DNA of 64,000 bases from Nitrosopumilus sp. (GCA_965238275.1 OZ250186.1:1600001-1664000), one strand, 5' to 3'. Positions 29,828-43,788 are shown, counted from the stretch's first letter. Made by a program: numbers and translations. The notes: generated by a model not told the origin, from the sequence alone.

Positions 29828-31243
29828 ATGTACTCCGGATTGAATTATTTGGCTGTGTCTTTGATTATAATAGCATCGCTTGCAGCGTCGCAGTCATACG
29901 CTGCATTTGATTCCCCCCTAAAACAGGTGCAGGCAGGCGTGCCATCAGATGAGATACGGTGCAACGACGGCCGGGTTCTGGTAATCCTCCAAAGCGGCAA
30001 TCCCGCATGCATATTCGAGTCGACTGCACAGAGGCTGGGATTGGATCCAATAGAACCCAGCGCCAACAATATCCTTGCCGATGTTGCCGTCATACATGCA
30101 ACTGATGCAGACCCGATAACCCCGCCTGAAATTGCAACTGCGAACAACAATTTTGCAGTGGATTTTTACAGTCAACTCTCAGACGGTGACAAAAACATAT
30201 TCTTCTCGCCCGTCAGCATGTATGTCGCGTTTTCAATGCTGTACGAGGGTGCCCAAAACAACACCGCAGAGGAGATGCAGCAGACCTTTGGCTTTGAGCC
30301 TGACCATACCCCACGTCACAACTCCACTGCCCAACTCATATCCTCCATAAACCGCGACGACCCTGATGCCACACTCGAGATGGCAAACTCGTTGTGGCTT
30401 GCCGACTGGTTTGTTCCCCACTGGGCATACACTGGTGTTATACGCAACACGTATCTTGCAGAAATGGAGGCTGTTGACTTTTTAGATACTAGTGATGCAG
30501 GCGGGGTACCGCGAATAAACGCATGGGCCAATGAAAAGACAGACGGCAAAATACCAGAGGTTCTGAAGTTTGATGATGTAGATGAATCCACCGCGACTGC
30601 ACTTCTAAACACCATATACTTCAAGGGCACCTGGAGGACCCAATTCTCCGAAAAAAACACATCTGAATCGAGCTTTTGGACGACTCCCACACAGAGCGTC
30701 AAGGCGGATTTCATGCGCATGGAAGAAACCTTCGAGACAGCACAATCAGACGATCTCCAAATCCTGAAACTTCCGTACCTGGGCGACAGGCTGTCCATGC
30801 TGATAATACTGCCGTCTGACAGGGACGGCATACAGAAGATAGAAGAGACGCTCTCATATGAACAGATGGAGCAGTGGAAACAGAATCTGAGGTTTGAGAA
30901 AGGCGAAATAATAATACCAAAATTTGAAATTAGCACGCACTATGACCTCATACCGCATCTGAGGAACCTCGGTATGGCAGATGCCTTTGATGGGAATGAT
31001 GCGGATTTCTCAGGAATACAGGACTCGTCTCCTCGGAACCTGTTTGTGGCAGTGGCGCTTCAGGACGCATATGTAAATGTAAATGAGAGCGGGACAGAGG
31101 CAGCTGCTGTAACTACCACGGGTCTTGTTTTGACGAGTGGGTCAACATTTGACTTTATTGCAGATCACCCATTCCTGTTTGTAATACAGGATGACGAGAG
31201 CGGGATGGTTCTATTCCTTGGAAGGGTCTCTGATCCATCATAA
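29828..31243 (+). CDS. secreted serpin with N-terminal SPLKQ-type small domain
   Basis: Signal peptide; NIFFSPVS, NTIYFKGTW, hinge NESGTEAAA, FIADHPFLF. Confidence 0.92.
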   Translation: MYSGLNYLAVSLIIIASLAASQSYAAFDSPLKQVQAGVPSDEIRCNDGRVLVILQSGNPACIFESTAQRLGLDPIEPSANNILADVAVIHATDADPITPPEIATANNNFAVDFYSQLSDGDKNIFFSPVSMYVAFSMLYEGAQNNTAEEMQQTFGFEPDHTPRHNSTAQLISSINRDDPDATLEMANSLWLADWFVPHWAYTGVIRNTYLAEMEAVDFLDTSDAGGVPRINAWANEKTDGKIPEVLKFDDVDESTATALLNTIYFKGTWRTQFSEKNTSESSFWTTPTQSVKADFMRMEETFETAQSDDLQILKLPYLGDRLSMLIILPSDRDGIQKIEETLSYEQMEQWKQNLRFEKGEIIIPKFEISTHYDLIPHLRNLGMADAFDGNDADFSGIQDSSPRNLFVAVALQDAYVNVNESGTEAAAVTTTGLVLTSGSTFDFIADHPFLFVIQDDESGMVLFLGRVSDPS

Positions 31244-31475
31244 GGCCGCGCAGGGGCCATGATGATGTACGGTTCAGGCTGGTTCTGGCATGCTGCATGT
31301 GTCTGTCATTAAGATGAATAGTACGCCAGGGGTGACTGCCATACTGGGGGGATGCCGTTCCACCAAAATCTTTCTGGTGCTTGATGCCAATGATCTTTAA
31401 TCTTATTGACACTTTTGTGCCGAAGGTGCAGACGACACCTGCGTTTTGGGAAACTATTAATTAATCGCAGCCAAG

Positions 31476-32303
31476 ATGCTCTTCATGCAAAAGGCCACCA
31501 TAGCCGAGCAATCGACCAAAATATTTGCCGACGTCCGCGAAGTCGAGATTACCCGCGCGATTGCAAACGAGTTTCACAGCGTTCTTATCGACAGGGCCGA
31601 TTCTGACGTAATCATTATTGGCGCAGGGCCGGCAGGCCTGACTGCAAGCAGGGATCTTTCAAACATCGGATTCAAGGTGCTGGTAATCGAGCAGAACAAC
31701 TATCTTGGGGGCGGCTACTGGCTTGGGGGATACATGATGAACCCTGTAACCGTCAGGGAACCCGCACAGAAGATCTGGGACGAGCTGGGTGTGCCATACA
31801 AGAAGGTCTCGGAGGGACTCTACATAACCCCCGGACCGCATGCAGTCTCAAAACTGATAGCAGGAGCCTGTGATGCAGGTGTCAAGTTTCTCAATCTTAC
31901 AAAGTTTGACGACCTTGTAATGAAGAACAACCGCGTTGCCGGAATAGTTGTAAACTGGATGCCCGTCTCCGCACTGCCACGAAACATCACCTGCGTCGAT
32001 CCGATAGCCCTTGAGGCAAAGATGATCATCGACGCCTCCGGACACGACTCCGTGGCCGTAAAGAGGCTTGTAGACCGGGGACTGGCAAACTGGAAGGGAA
32101 TGAATCCAATGTACGTCAACGAGGGCGAAGAGCATGTAGTCCACAAGACCGGCGAGATATACCCCGGACTGGTGGCAGCCGGCATGTCAGTTACAGAGAC
32201 CTACGGACTCTCAAGGATGGGCCCGACATTCGGTTCCATGCTGTTCTCAGGAAAGCGGGCAGCCGAGATTACGGCAGAAAAGATCCGGGAACTGGAAAGA
32301 TAG
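31476..32303 (+). CDS. thi4: Thi4-type thiazole synthase
   Basis: GAGPAGL, GGGYWLGG, CVDP, DASGHD, RMGPTFGSM. Confidence 0.93.
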   Translation: MLFMQKATIAEQSTKIFADVREVEITRAIANEFHSVLIDRADSDVIIIGAGPAGLTASRDLSNIGFKVLVIEQNNYLGGGYWLGGYMMNPVTVREPAQKIWDELGVPYKKVSEGLYITPGPHAVSKLIAGACDAGVKFLNLTKFDDLVMKNNRVAGIVVNWMPVSALPRNITCVDPIALEAKMIIDASGHDSVAVKRLVDRGLANWKGMNPMYVNEGEEHVVHKTGEIYPGLVAAGMSVTETYGLSRMGPTFGSMLFSGKRAAEITAEKIRELER

Positions 32304-32309
32304 TCCCTG

Positions 32310-33023
32310 TTGAAAATCTCCAAGATTATCCTCTGTAAAGAGCACGCATCCCCGGCAACCGATACTGGCCCGCTGAAGCAATTCCTTTCAGAGACGTTCG
32401 GGGTTGCCGTGGAGACAGGCGGGGATCTGTCCGGTGATGTGGCGCGTACCAGGATTCTTGATCTGAAGAGGCCGTTTCAGAAGCATCCCCCCGGGGCAGA
32501 CATGACTGCAGTTGATGAGGAATTCAGGGCGTACGACGGATTCGAGCTTCAAAGGGTTCTGCGGGAGGAGTGCATCAGGGACCACACTGCAGATACGCTT
32601 TACATAGTAATTACGGACAGGCTGACCTGCACGTTTGATGCAGGCGACTTTAGGTATCATGCAAGGGCGGTAATCTGCGCCAACCCCGCAATAGTATCCA
32701 CCACCGGCATGGTGGAGGCGCCGGCAAAGCCAAAACAGTACTATCTGGATGTGATATCAGGCCTCTCGAAGGATGATGCAGACGGCATCCGTCAAAGGTA
32801 TGGGGGCCGGTTTTTGGAGCACTGCGACCCCCGCATACCGGAGGTCATGAAGGGTTATCTCCTCCAGGCGGTGATGTACTACGAGACCGGGGATGCGTTT
32901 TGCAGCGATGCCGAGTGCAGGCTTAACAACTCGCACTGGCAGGAGGATCTGCTGCGCCTGCAGCTGGGAACCAGAACGCTCTGCCCAATGCACCAACGGA
33001 TTATCCGGCAACTGCGCCGCTGA
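32310..33023 (+). CDS. conserved archaeal hypothetical protein, possible metalloprotein
   Basis: YDGFEL, RYHAR, EAPAKP, FC...CRL...HWQ..L...LC..H pattern. Confidence 0.6.
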   Translation: MKISKIILCKEHASPATDTGPLKQFLSETFGVAVETGGDLSGDVARTRILDLKRPFQKHPPGADMTAVDEEFRAYDGFELQRVLREECIRDHTADTLYIVITDRLTCTFDAGDFRYHARAVICANPAIVSTTGMVEAPAKPKQYYLDVISGLSKDDADGIRQRYGGRFLEHCDPRIPEVMKGYLLQAVMYYETGDAFCSDAECRLNNSHWQEDLLRLQLGTRTLCPMHQRIIRQLRR

Positions 33024-33204
33024 CAGCATCTGCTGTAGAATATATGGCTGCAGGGAATCTCATCAAAAGACACAGGGTCTGCGGAAAAGAATTCGCGGCC
33101 CATCTGCGGATCACGGATGCGTGTTCAAGCGCTCAATGTGGTTTATGCAACAGCCCCTTCTGCAGATTAACACTTAATTGCATATATTCTGCATACTAAT
33201 CAAA

Positions 33205-35884
<2,680 letters not shown>

Positions 35885-36116
35885 CAACCTCTGGGTACGT
35901 CCATTGATCATGGCCATTCCTGTGCCTGCCGCGCACCCGATATCCGTCCGGTTTTTGGTCGTACCTTGGAATCAAGTGCCTGCCTATTACTATGTTCATC
36001 CTGCCCGGCAGTCCTAATTGTTCTGTTTTGGCTGGCCAATTTTCTGCTTTTTGAACACATTTGCGAAGACCGTCTGTCTCTAATAACTTAAATTATTGGA
36101 AAAATGAGCCACCCTC

Positions 36117-37118
36117 ATGATGGCCGCAGATGCAAGCGCTGCCCTTCTGGAGGGCAGGGATGACGGTCCCAAGGTGCCGGACAAAAAGAAGACAAAGTTT
36201 GACGTGATAATAATCGGCGCAGGCCCTGCAGGGTACACTGCGGGAATCTACTGCTCAAGGGCAGGACATGACACGCTTATTCTGTCCGGAATTCTTCCAG
36301 GCGGGCAGCTGGTCAACACCACCGACGTGGAGAACTATCCGGGATTTGAAAAGGGCATAATGGGCCCTGACCTCATGATCGAGATGAGAAAGCAGTGCCA
36401 GCGGATGGGGACCACCATCGTAGACGACCAGGTGACAGATGTTGATTTCAGGCACAAGCCCCTCAAGGCCCTGACTGCATCCGAGGAGTACGAGGGGCGG
36501 GCAGTAATAATTGCAACCGGTGCAAACCCCCGAAAGCTCGGGCTGGACAGCGAGACGGTATTTGCCGGAAAGGGGGTATCGTACTGTGCTACGTGCGACG
36601 GGCCGTTCTTTAGAAACCAGGACATCGTCGTGGCAGGCGGCGGGGATTCTGCAATAGAGGAGGCCACATTTCTGACCAAGTTTGCCACCACCGTCCACTT
36701 GGTACACCGAAGGGAGGAGCTGCGCGCAAGCAAGGTGATGCAGCAGAGGGCCTTTGACAACAAAAAGATACAATTCCATTGGAACTCGTCAGTAGCCGGC
36801 GTCATTGGCGACCAGAGGGTGCAGCAGGTGGTTCTTAAGAACCTGAAGACCGGCCAGGAGAGCACGCTTGATGCAGGGGCCCTCTTTGTTGCCATAGGAC
36901 ACGAACCCAACACGGACATGTTCAAGAACCAGATTGATCTGGACGAGAACGGATACATTGCACTTGGAAAGGGAACCCACACGAACATGGACGGCGTGTT
37001 TGCAGCAGGCGACGTGCACGACAGGCGATACAGGCAGGCGGTCACTGCGGCCGGTTTTGGATGCATGGCTGCCATCGACGTTGACAAATATTTTGAAGAG
37101 TCTGGCACCGCTGCGTAG
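36117..37118 (+). CDS. trxB: thioredoxin reductase
   Basis: GAGPAG, GGQL, CATCDG, GGGDSA, FAAGDV. Confidence 0.96.
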   Translation: MMAADASAALLEGRDDGPKVPDKKKTKFDVIIIGAGPAGYTAGIYCSRAGHDTLILSGILPGGQLVNTTDVENYPGFEKGIMGPDLMIEMRKQCQRMGTTIVDDQVTDVDFRHKPLKALTASEEYEGRAVIIATGANPRKLGLDSETVFAGKGVSYCATCDGPFFRNQDIVVAGGGDSAIEEATFLTKFATTVHLVHRREELRASKVMQQRAFDNKKIQFHWNSSVAGVIGDQRVQQVVLKNLKTGQESTLDAGALFVAIGHEPNTDMFKNQIDLDENGYIALGKGTHTNMDGVFAAGDVHDRRYRQAVTAAGFGCMAAIDVDKYFEESGTAA

Positions 37119-37161
37119 TTGCCACCGCACAAACAATGTCAAAAATTTATAACCGTAACGA

Positions 37162-38979
37162 ATGAATGATACCCTGTTGACCGAACCCCACCTCAAACAA
37201 GTCATGCCTGATTCTGCCGGAATCGACTGGTCCCGAACCGAGGAGGCAGACAACTTTGCAAAGACTGTGAAGATGTTCCGCCAGGGGTGGTATGACGCAA
37301 ACAGCTTTAGGCGGTTTCGGCTCCAGCACGGCGCATACGGCACCAGGATGACTGGCGACTATGCCATGGTGAGAATCAAGATTCCGGCAGGCGAGGTCTA
37401 TCCAAAACAGCTTGAAAAGATATCCCGGCTAAGCGAGCAGTACTCGATCGGCAGCGCGCACCTGTCCACCCGGGAGAACGTGCAGCTCCACTGGGTGGTC
37501 CTCGAGGACGTCTCTGAGATATTCCGGGAGCTTGCACAGGTGGGCCTGACATCAAGGGAGGCGTGCGGAAACACCGTAAGAAACGTCATGTGCAGTCCGC
37601 TCTCCGGCGTGTGTCCTGCCGAGGCCTTTGATGCAACACCGTACTCCCTTGCGACTGCAAGATTCTTTCTAAGGAACCCCATGGCACAGAACCTTCCCCG
37701 CAAGTTCAAATTCAACTTTACATGCTGTGAGATGCACGGCATGGCCCGCATGGTCGATGTGGGGCTGATTCCCCAGGTACGGCAGCAAGGCGGCCAGACC
37801 CAGAAGGGATTCAAGGTATTTCTGGGCGGGGGGCTTGGAAACAAGTCGTACGTGGGCCACCAGCTGGAGGATTTCACTCCAGAGGAGGATCTTCTGCACA
37901 CCTCGATTGCAGTGGTCAGGCTCTTTGACAGGCTTGGAGACAGAAAAAACCTTGCAAGGAACAGGATGCGCTATCTTGTACATGAAATGGGATGGGAAAA
38001 GTTCCAGAATCTGGTCCTCAAGGAGAGGGCCATCGTCAGGGCGACCCAGTCGGTGGTTACGAAGCTTCAAGTCGATGTCACCCCTGCTGAAATCAGGCGC
38101 CCAATCACGGTATCTGATGAAAGCGGTGCGCCCATACCTGACGGCTATGCAAGGTGGCTCAAGACAAACACCCTGTCCCAGCGGCAGCCCGGATACAGTT
38201 CCGTGTTTGTCACACTTGAGGCAGGCGACATAACTGCCAGCCAGCTTGATGCCATGGCCCAGATAATACGCGACTATTCTGCAGAAGGCAAGGCAAGGTG
38301 CGGGTTCATCCAAAACCTGGCACTGCGGTACGTGCACAGGGATGATCTGCCACTACTCTACTCTCGGCTTTTGGATGCCGGGCTTGCAAAATCCGGCGCC
38401 CTCACGATGGCAGCCCCAATCGGATGCTCAGGCACCACCTCGTGCAACCTTGCCCTGACAAACTCGCACCGGCTTGCCAAGGAGATTCAAAGAAAGTTCC
38501 TTGAACTGAACATGGATGTGGACGATGATCTTCGCGACTCGTCAATCAAGATAAGCGGCTGCCCCAACTCCTGCGGGCAGCATGGCATAGCAACCATCGG
38601 ATTCTTTGGGGGAGGCGCGCGTGTCGGCAAGGACATGTATCCAAACTATCAGATGTCCCTTGGAGGCCGCTCAGACGGGGATACGATGCTCGGAATGACG
38701 TGCATCAGGGTTCCTGCAAAGAGGGTGATTACTGTAATTCTCAAAATCATTGATCTGTTCAGGGAGCACAAGAAACCCGGCGACACCCTCCAGTCGTGGA
38801 TTCACCGGGTCGTCAACGGCGGCGGGGACTCTGGGATCAACTCAATCAAGGACATCCAAGGCGTGCTTGCGCCGCTGGTCGCGCCTCCCACAAAGGACGA
38901 TGATCCTGACTTTTATCTGGACTATGGCAGCGACACCAGCTATCACACAAAGACTGGAAAGGGTGAGTGTGCTGCTTGA
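37162..38979 (+). CDS. ferredoxin sulfite/nitrite reductase (siroheme, 4Fe-4S)
   Basis: LPRKFK, CSGTTSC and SGCPNSCGQH motifs; true start may be TTG 37177. Confidence 0.9.
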   Translation: MNDTLLTEPHLKQVMPDSAGIDWSRTEEADNFAKTVKMFRQGWYDANSFRRFRLQHGAYGTRMTGDYAMVRIKIPAGEVYPKQLEKISRLSEQYSIGSAHLSTRENVQLHWVVLEDVSEIFRELAQVGLTSREACGNTVRNVMCSPLSGVCPAEAFDATPYSLATARFFLRNPMAQNLPRKFKFNFTCCEMHGMARMVDVGLIPQVRQQGGQTQKGFKVFLGGGLGNKSYVGHQLEDFTPEEDLLHTSIAVVRLFDRLGDRKNLARNRMRYLVHEMGWEKFQNLVLKERAIVRATQSVVTKLQVDVTPAEIRRPITVSDESGAPIPDGYARWLKTNTLSQRQPGYSSVFVTLEAGDITASQLDAMAQIIRDYSAEGKARCGFIQNLALRYVHRDDLPLLYSRLLDAGLAKSGALTMAAPIGCSGTTSCNLALTNSHRLAKEIQRKFLELNMDVDDDLRDSSIKISGCPNSCGQHGIATIGFFGGGARVGKDMYPNYQMSLGGRSDGDTMLGMTCIRVPAKRVITVILKIIDLFREHKKPGDTLQSWIHRVVNGGGDSGINSIKDIQGVLAPLVAPPTKDDDPDFYLDYGSDTSYHTKTGKGECAA

Positions 38980-38990
38980 GATCCGAGGAC

Positions 38991-39125
38991 ATGACTCTGG
39001 ATGCAGACTCGTTACGCTCTGAGATAGCAGACCGGAGCATCAGGGTAATCGATTAAGGCGGAAGAACGACTACGCAGGATCACATTCCGGGCTCTGTAAA
39101 CCTGCCTCTGGCATCCGTTGCTGCT
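38991..39125 (+). pseudogene. rhodanese/sulfurtransferase N-terminal remnant
   Basis: SIRVID / RRKNDY / QDHIPGSVNLP across two frameshifts matches the rhodanese D.R...Y..GHIPGAVN motif. Confidence 0.7.
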
Positions 39126-39162
39126 CGGCGGCGTGCTGCTGCTGCTGCTGCTGCCGGCACGG

Positions 39163-40317
39163 TCAGGAGATCTCGTTTCTGAGCTTCTTTGTAATGGTAA
39201 CTTCCACGTTGTCAAGGAGTACCAACATCTTGTCCTTGTTCTCTGTGATGTAGTCCTCTCCCCTGTCCCTTAGCCTGATCTTCCACAGCCTGATCTCCCT
39301 GTGCTCGTCAAAGAAGTTCTCAATCATGTGCATGCCTGACTTTTCGGGGTCGACAAACTCGTCAAATACGTCGATGGTCTTCTGTACGTTCCCCTCCTCT
39401 ATCGACTCCCTTGCCGCATGGATGGCCTGGCTCAGCTTCTTCAGGTTCTTGACAGGCTTTGGCAGGGTCTTTCGCGTGATGCCAAACAGCCCCTTCTTCG
39501 CCTTGCCCATCTTGTCTGCAACATTGGGGGCCAGATCATAAATTGGAATCCTGCTCAGCCCCTCCCGTTTTTCATTCTGCACTATCAGGCCCTTCTCGAG
39601 CAGCTTCTTTAGGGCCTTTTCGGCGTCTATCTTGTCAAGAAACGTGGTCCACACAATGGCGCCGATCGTGTGGTATCCCTGCCTGACGGACTCTAGAACC
39701 ACCACCTCCTGAATCCTCTTGAACCCCTCCTCAATCCTTACATTGATAAAATCCGTGTCCCTGATGGATTTTCTTGCGTTCTTGACGTCAATCTCAATGG
39801 AGCGCTTGAGGGCCTCAAGGGACTCTGGAATCTGGTTCAACAGGGACAGAAAGCAGGCCTTGTTGTACCATGCCATTCCAAAGGTAGGATCCGTCTCGAT
39901 GGCCTTTTCAACTGAGTTAAGCGCCTTGGAGTAGTTCTTTTGCTCGTAATGGACCAGCCCCTTCAGGTTCCACGCATCCGGGTTTGTAACATCTATGTCC
40001 AAAACCCTGTCATAGACTCTTAGCGCCTCGTCATGCTCGTCTAGGTGAAACCTTGTATATCCAAGCTTTAGCAGCGTCTCTATGCTGTCCGGGTCAATAC
40101 GCAGTGCCATCTCAAAGACGGCTGTCGCATCCTCTAGCTTCTCGTCGGCCATCAGGTTGATGCCTTTTTTAAACAATTTTTTGCGGTTATAATCCGGATC
40201 AACCAGGCTGGTCTCCTCTTTTGCCGTCTTTGGAATGACCTCCTCCGGCTTGTCCTCCTCCGGCTTGGAACTATCTGATTTGCCGTCCTTTGATTTCCTT
40301 CCGAATGGCTTCTTCAC
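39163..40317 (-). CDS. TPR-domain protein
   Basis: Several TPRs (AWNLKG, AWYNKAC) followed by a wHTH-like segment. Confidence 0.85.
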   Translation of the reverse strand: MKKPFGRKSKDGKSDSSKPEEDKPEEVIPKTAKEETSLVDPDYNRKKLFKKGINLMADEKLEDATAVFEMALRIDPDSIETLLKLGYTRFHLDEHDEALRVYDRVLDIDVTNPDAWNLKGLVHYEQKNYSKALNSVEKAIETDPTFGMAWYNKACFLSLLNQIPESLEALKRSIEIDVKNARKSIRDTDFINVRIEEGFKRIQEVVVLESVRQGYHTIGAIVWTTFLDKIDAEKALKKLLEKGLIVQNEKREGLSRIPIYDLAPNVADKMGKAKKGLFGITRKTLPKPVKNLKKLSQAIHAARESIEEGNVQKTIDVFDEFVDPEKSGMHMIENFFDEHREIRLWKIRLRDRGEDYITENKDKMLVLLDNVEVTITKKLRNEIS

Positions 40318-40599
40318 TAGCTCAAAATACAGACTTGTCCAGATAAATACTCTCCTTAATTCATCCCATACGTGCCCAAGATGTCGGGTATGTGGGGGCG
40401 TCTCAAAACCCGCAACCCTGTTCTGCTGTAATTGAATTGCGTGTCAGGACAGACATCCGTGCACCGACTGTATGGGACCCATCAGGATATGCTCCGGCGG
40501 ATATGTCCGGGTTTTGTGTCTGGATTTTATGAAATGCTACATTGGAATTCGTATCCGGGAATAAACCGGCACATCAAAGCAATCTAAATATAAAAATAC

Positions 40600-42450
40600 A
40601 TGGAGCCCACACAAACGATCATGTCATCGAAGCCGCGAATACAGATTCATGGCCGTGCACCATTCAAACAATCCGGCGTTTATGAGACCATAATCTCAAT
40701 TACCGACTCCATGCCGTCAGAGCCGGATATAGTATCTGGCAAGTTTTCATCCCTGTGGAGTGATACGTTTCATCTGCGGGTCAAGGACGGAATGTTCTCT
40801 GAGACCCTTGGCACTCCGGAGAATCCGCTGCCTGCATCCATTGACACACTTGATAAAATTTGTATTGTTGTAACTGATCAGTTCTCCTCACTGCACTCCG
40901 CGTTTGATGTTCCCCTGGAGCAGGCACAGGGCAAGACTGGCACTGAACCCCCCAAACCCAAATCATCACCTAAATCCGCCCCAACCACTGCTGGTGGTGG
41001 CAGTGGTGGCAAAACACCGCCTGCAGGCCGCACAAGGCGTTCTACTGCAAGTACTCAGAGTGGTGTGAGTTCTGTCGGCGCTTCTGGCAGCAGGGATCTG
41101 TCTGAATACAAGGGCCCCACAGGCGACAAGGGATCGCGGGGCGACAAGGGATCGCGGGGCGACAAGGGCGAGAGAGGGGCATACGGCCCGCCCGGCGACA
41201 AGGGACCGCAGGGAGACAAGGGACTTACAGGCGACAAGGGCGAGAGAGGGGCATACGGCCCGCCCGGCGACAAGGGACCTGCAGGTAGCAAGGGATCGCA
41301 GGGCGACAAGGGCGAGAGGGGGGCATACGGCTCGTCCGGCGACAAGGGACCTGCAGGCGACAAGGGACCGCAGGGAGACAAGGGCGACAAGGGAGATCGG
41401 GGGGGCAGAGGCCCGCCCGGCCCTGCCGGCGACAAGGGGACAAAGGGCCCCACAGGCACGCTTGGCGACAAGGGCGACAAGGGACTCATGGGCTCCACAG
41501 GCGACAAGGGCTCCACAGGCGACATGGGATTGCAAGGCGACAAGGGCTCCACAGGCGACAAGGGTCTCCTAGGACATATGGGTGACAAGGGACTAACCGG
41601 CAAACCAGGTTTGGTCGGGGACAGGGGCTCCACAGGCGACAAGGGCCCCCCAGGCCAGATGGGCGACAAGGGACTAACCGGCAAACCAGGTTTGGTCGGA
41701 GACAAGGGCCCCACAGGCCCCACAGGCATCCAGGGTGAAAAGGGAATGCAGGGTCCTACTGGCTTAATTGGTGACAAAGGTATTACAGGCGACAAGGGCC
41801 CCTTGGGCATCCAGGGCGACAAGGGCAAACAAGGCCCCACAGGCGACAAGGGCCTCACAGGCCCCGTAGGCATCCAGGGCGACAAGGGAATCCAAGGCCT
41901 GATAGGCGAAAAGGGCCGACAGGGCCAGGCCGGAGAAAAGGGCCGACAGGGCCAGGCCGGAGAAAAGGGCATCCAGGGCTCACAAGGCCCTGTGGGACCC
42001 AAGGGCCTTACAGGCGTTCCGGGTCCCCAGGGAGAAAAGGGTGAAAAAGGCCCACATGGCCCGCCCGGCGACAAGGGCCTTACGGGCTCTACCGGCCTGT
42101 CTGGGGACAAAGGTTCGCAGGGTCCGCAGGGTCCGCAGGGTGAACGGGGAGTACCCGGTTCTTCAGGCGACAAGGGGCCCCAAGGACCACTGGGAATTCA
42201 AGGCCCACAAGGCGAGCGCGGTCCACCAGGCCCTGCCGGCTTTCCCGGAGAACAGGGACCAGTCGGAGAACAGGGACCAGTCGGGCCGGTGGGTTCAAGA
42301 GGACCTCCGGGCCCTCCAGGAGAGAAGGGGCCGTCAGGCGGAATGTCCCTGGAGCAAAAGGCGCTCTTTAAGGATCTTTTGGAGATACTGACCAACAAGG
42401 ACGTAATTACAACCGAAGAACAGATCAAGCTGATGAGCTATTTTTACTAG
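40600..42450 (+). CDS. collagen triple-helix repeat protein
   Basis: About 135 Gly-X-Y triplets (about 41110-42340) dominated by GDK; globular N-terminus; short helical C-terminus. Confidence 0.9.
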   Translation: MEPTQTIMSSKPRIQIHGRAPFKQSGVYETIISITDSMPSEPDIVSGKFSSLWSDTFHLRVKDGMFSETLGTPENPLPASIDTLDKICIVVTDQFSSLHSAFDVPLEQAQGKTGTEPPKPKSSPKSAPTTAGGGSGGKTPPAGRTRRSTASTQSGVSSVGASGSRDLSEYKGPTGDKGSRGDKGSRGDKGERGAYGPPGDKGPQGDKGLTGDKGERGAYGPPGDKGPAGSKGSQGDKGERGAYGSSGDKGPAGDKGPQGDKGDKGDRGGRGPPGPAGDKGTKGPTGTLGDKGDKGLMGSTGDKGSTGDMGLQGDKGSTGDKGLLGHMGDKGLTGKPGLVGDRGSTGDKGPPGQMGDKGLTGKPGLVGDKGPTGPTGIQGEKGMQGPTGLIGDKGITGDKGPLGIQGDKGKQGPTGDKGLTGPVGIQGDKGIQGLIGEKGRQGQAGEKGRQGQAGEKGIQGSQGPVGPKGLTGVPGPQGEKGEKGPHGPPGDKGLTGSTGLSGDKGSQGPQGPQGERGVPGSSGDKGPQGPLGIQGPQGERGPPGPAGFPGEQGPVGEQGPVGPVGSRGPPGPPGEKGPSGGMSLEQKALFKDLLEILTNKDVITTEEQIKLMSYFY

Positions 42451-42651
42451 CGTCCTGCCCAATTCCCGTGTGTACTTTCCAAGTTGGACAACGCATGTCC
42501 ACCCTGTTGCATGTGGCAGGCTAATCACGGATGGCCCGCAGGATCATGTCTGCAAATGGGACTGGGGTAAAGGCACCCGTCATTGACAGCCTGTACCGGC
42601 TGATTCCTGCACCATCCATCCATCCATCCATCCATCCATTCCATGAATACC

Positions 42652-43788
42652 TCACACCCCGCGCACCTTGATTATTGTCAGGACATCCTCGTCCTGCAGT
42701 ATGTGGCCCAGTCCCACCTTCTGCCCGTCAAACTTTGCACTCTTCCCCCACACCAGCCCGTATCTGAACTCACTTCGCATCCTGCGATGAATCTTGTTGC
42801 AGACGTCCTCGACGGTGTCGCCCTCCCTTGCAATTAGCGGTTCCTTGAAATCAGTCTCCCCGCCCTTTGGTCTCATGTAGATTCTGATGAACTTTAATTT
42901 CTCATATATCCTCTCCTTTAGAACATCTATGTTGATGTCCGAGTTTGCAGAGACCTCGATGACGTCCGATTCTATCTTTCCCTTCAGGTTGTCAAGAAAC
43001 TCCCTGTCCACCAGATCAATCTTGTTTAGTATGGTCAGCGCCTTGGAATAGCTGATGTTTCCGGCAATGTGGTCTGCCAGCTGCTCTGATGTTACGTCCT
43101 CGCGCGTAACCACGCGCGCACTGACAACCCCATACAGGTGAAGAATGTCCTTGAGGTGCTTTTCTGTAATCTTTGTCAGCTTTACCTGCTGCGCCACGGC
43201 GATTCCCCCAATCGAGGCCTTTTCAACCGTGATGTTTGGCGGCAGCTGGTTGAGCCTTATCCCGATGTTTTTCAGCTCGTTTACCAGCACGTTTTCATGG
43301 TACGGCTGGAACACGTCCAGTATCAGCAGTACGAGATCCGCTGACCTTGCCACCGCCAGAATTCTCTTTCCAAGGCCCTTGCCGGTGGAGGCACCCTTGA
43401 TGATTCCAGGAAGATCCAACACCTGAATCTTTGCACCCTTGTACTCCATCATTCCAGGAACCACGGTTAGCGTGGTGAACTGGAACGCCCCCACAGCCGA
43501 TTTTGCCCCCGTCATCATGTTTAGCAGTGTGGACTTTCCGACGCTTGGCAGCCCTATGAGCACCACCGTTGCATCGCCTGTCCTTCTGACATCGAACCCG
43601 TCTGACTTCATGCCGGATTTTTTGATGGTGTTCTCCTCCTGCTCCCTCTTTAGTTTGGCAATCTTTGCCTTTAGCAGCCCTATGTGGTGCTCGGTCGCCT
43701 TGTTGATCTGCGTCCGTGCCATCTCGTCTTGTATGGCTTTGATCTTTTCAGGAATTCCCAAAACTACTCGTATGTTGGTGCATTTCAT
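42652..43788 (-). CDS. DRG/Rbg-family OBG GTPase with TGS domain
   Basis: GLPSVGKST, FTTLT, DLPG, NKID, VWGKSAK; start probably about 43760. Confidence 0.93.
   Translation of the reverse strand: MKCTNIRVVLGIPEKIKAIQDEMARTQINKATEHHIGLLKAKIAKLKREQEENTIKKSGMKSDGFDVRRTGDATVVLIGLPSVGKSTLLNMMTGAKSAVGAFQFTTLTVVPGMMEYKGAKIQVLDLPGIIKGASTGKGLGKRILAVARSADLVLLILDVFQPYHENVLVNELKNIGIRLNQLPPNITVEKASIGGIAVAQQVKLTKITEKHLKDILHLYGVVSARVVTREDVTSEQLADHIAGNISYSKALTILNKIDLVDREFLDNLKGKIESDVIEVSANSDINIDVLKERIYEKLKFIRIYMRPKGGETDFKEPLIAREGDTVEDVCNKIHRRMRSEFRYGLVWGKSAKFDGQKVGLGHILQDEDVLTIIKVRGV

Noticed and set aside
41055-42173. 372-aa Pro-rich antisense ORF
   Set aside because: Antisense shadow of the Gly-X-Y collagen repeat
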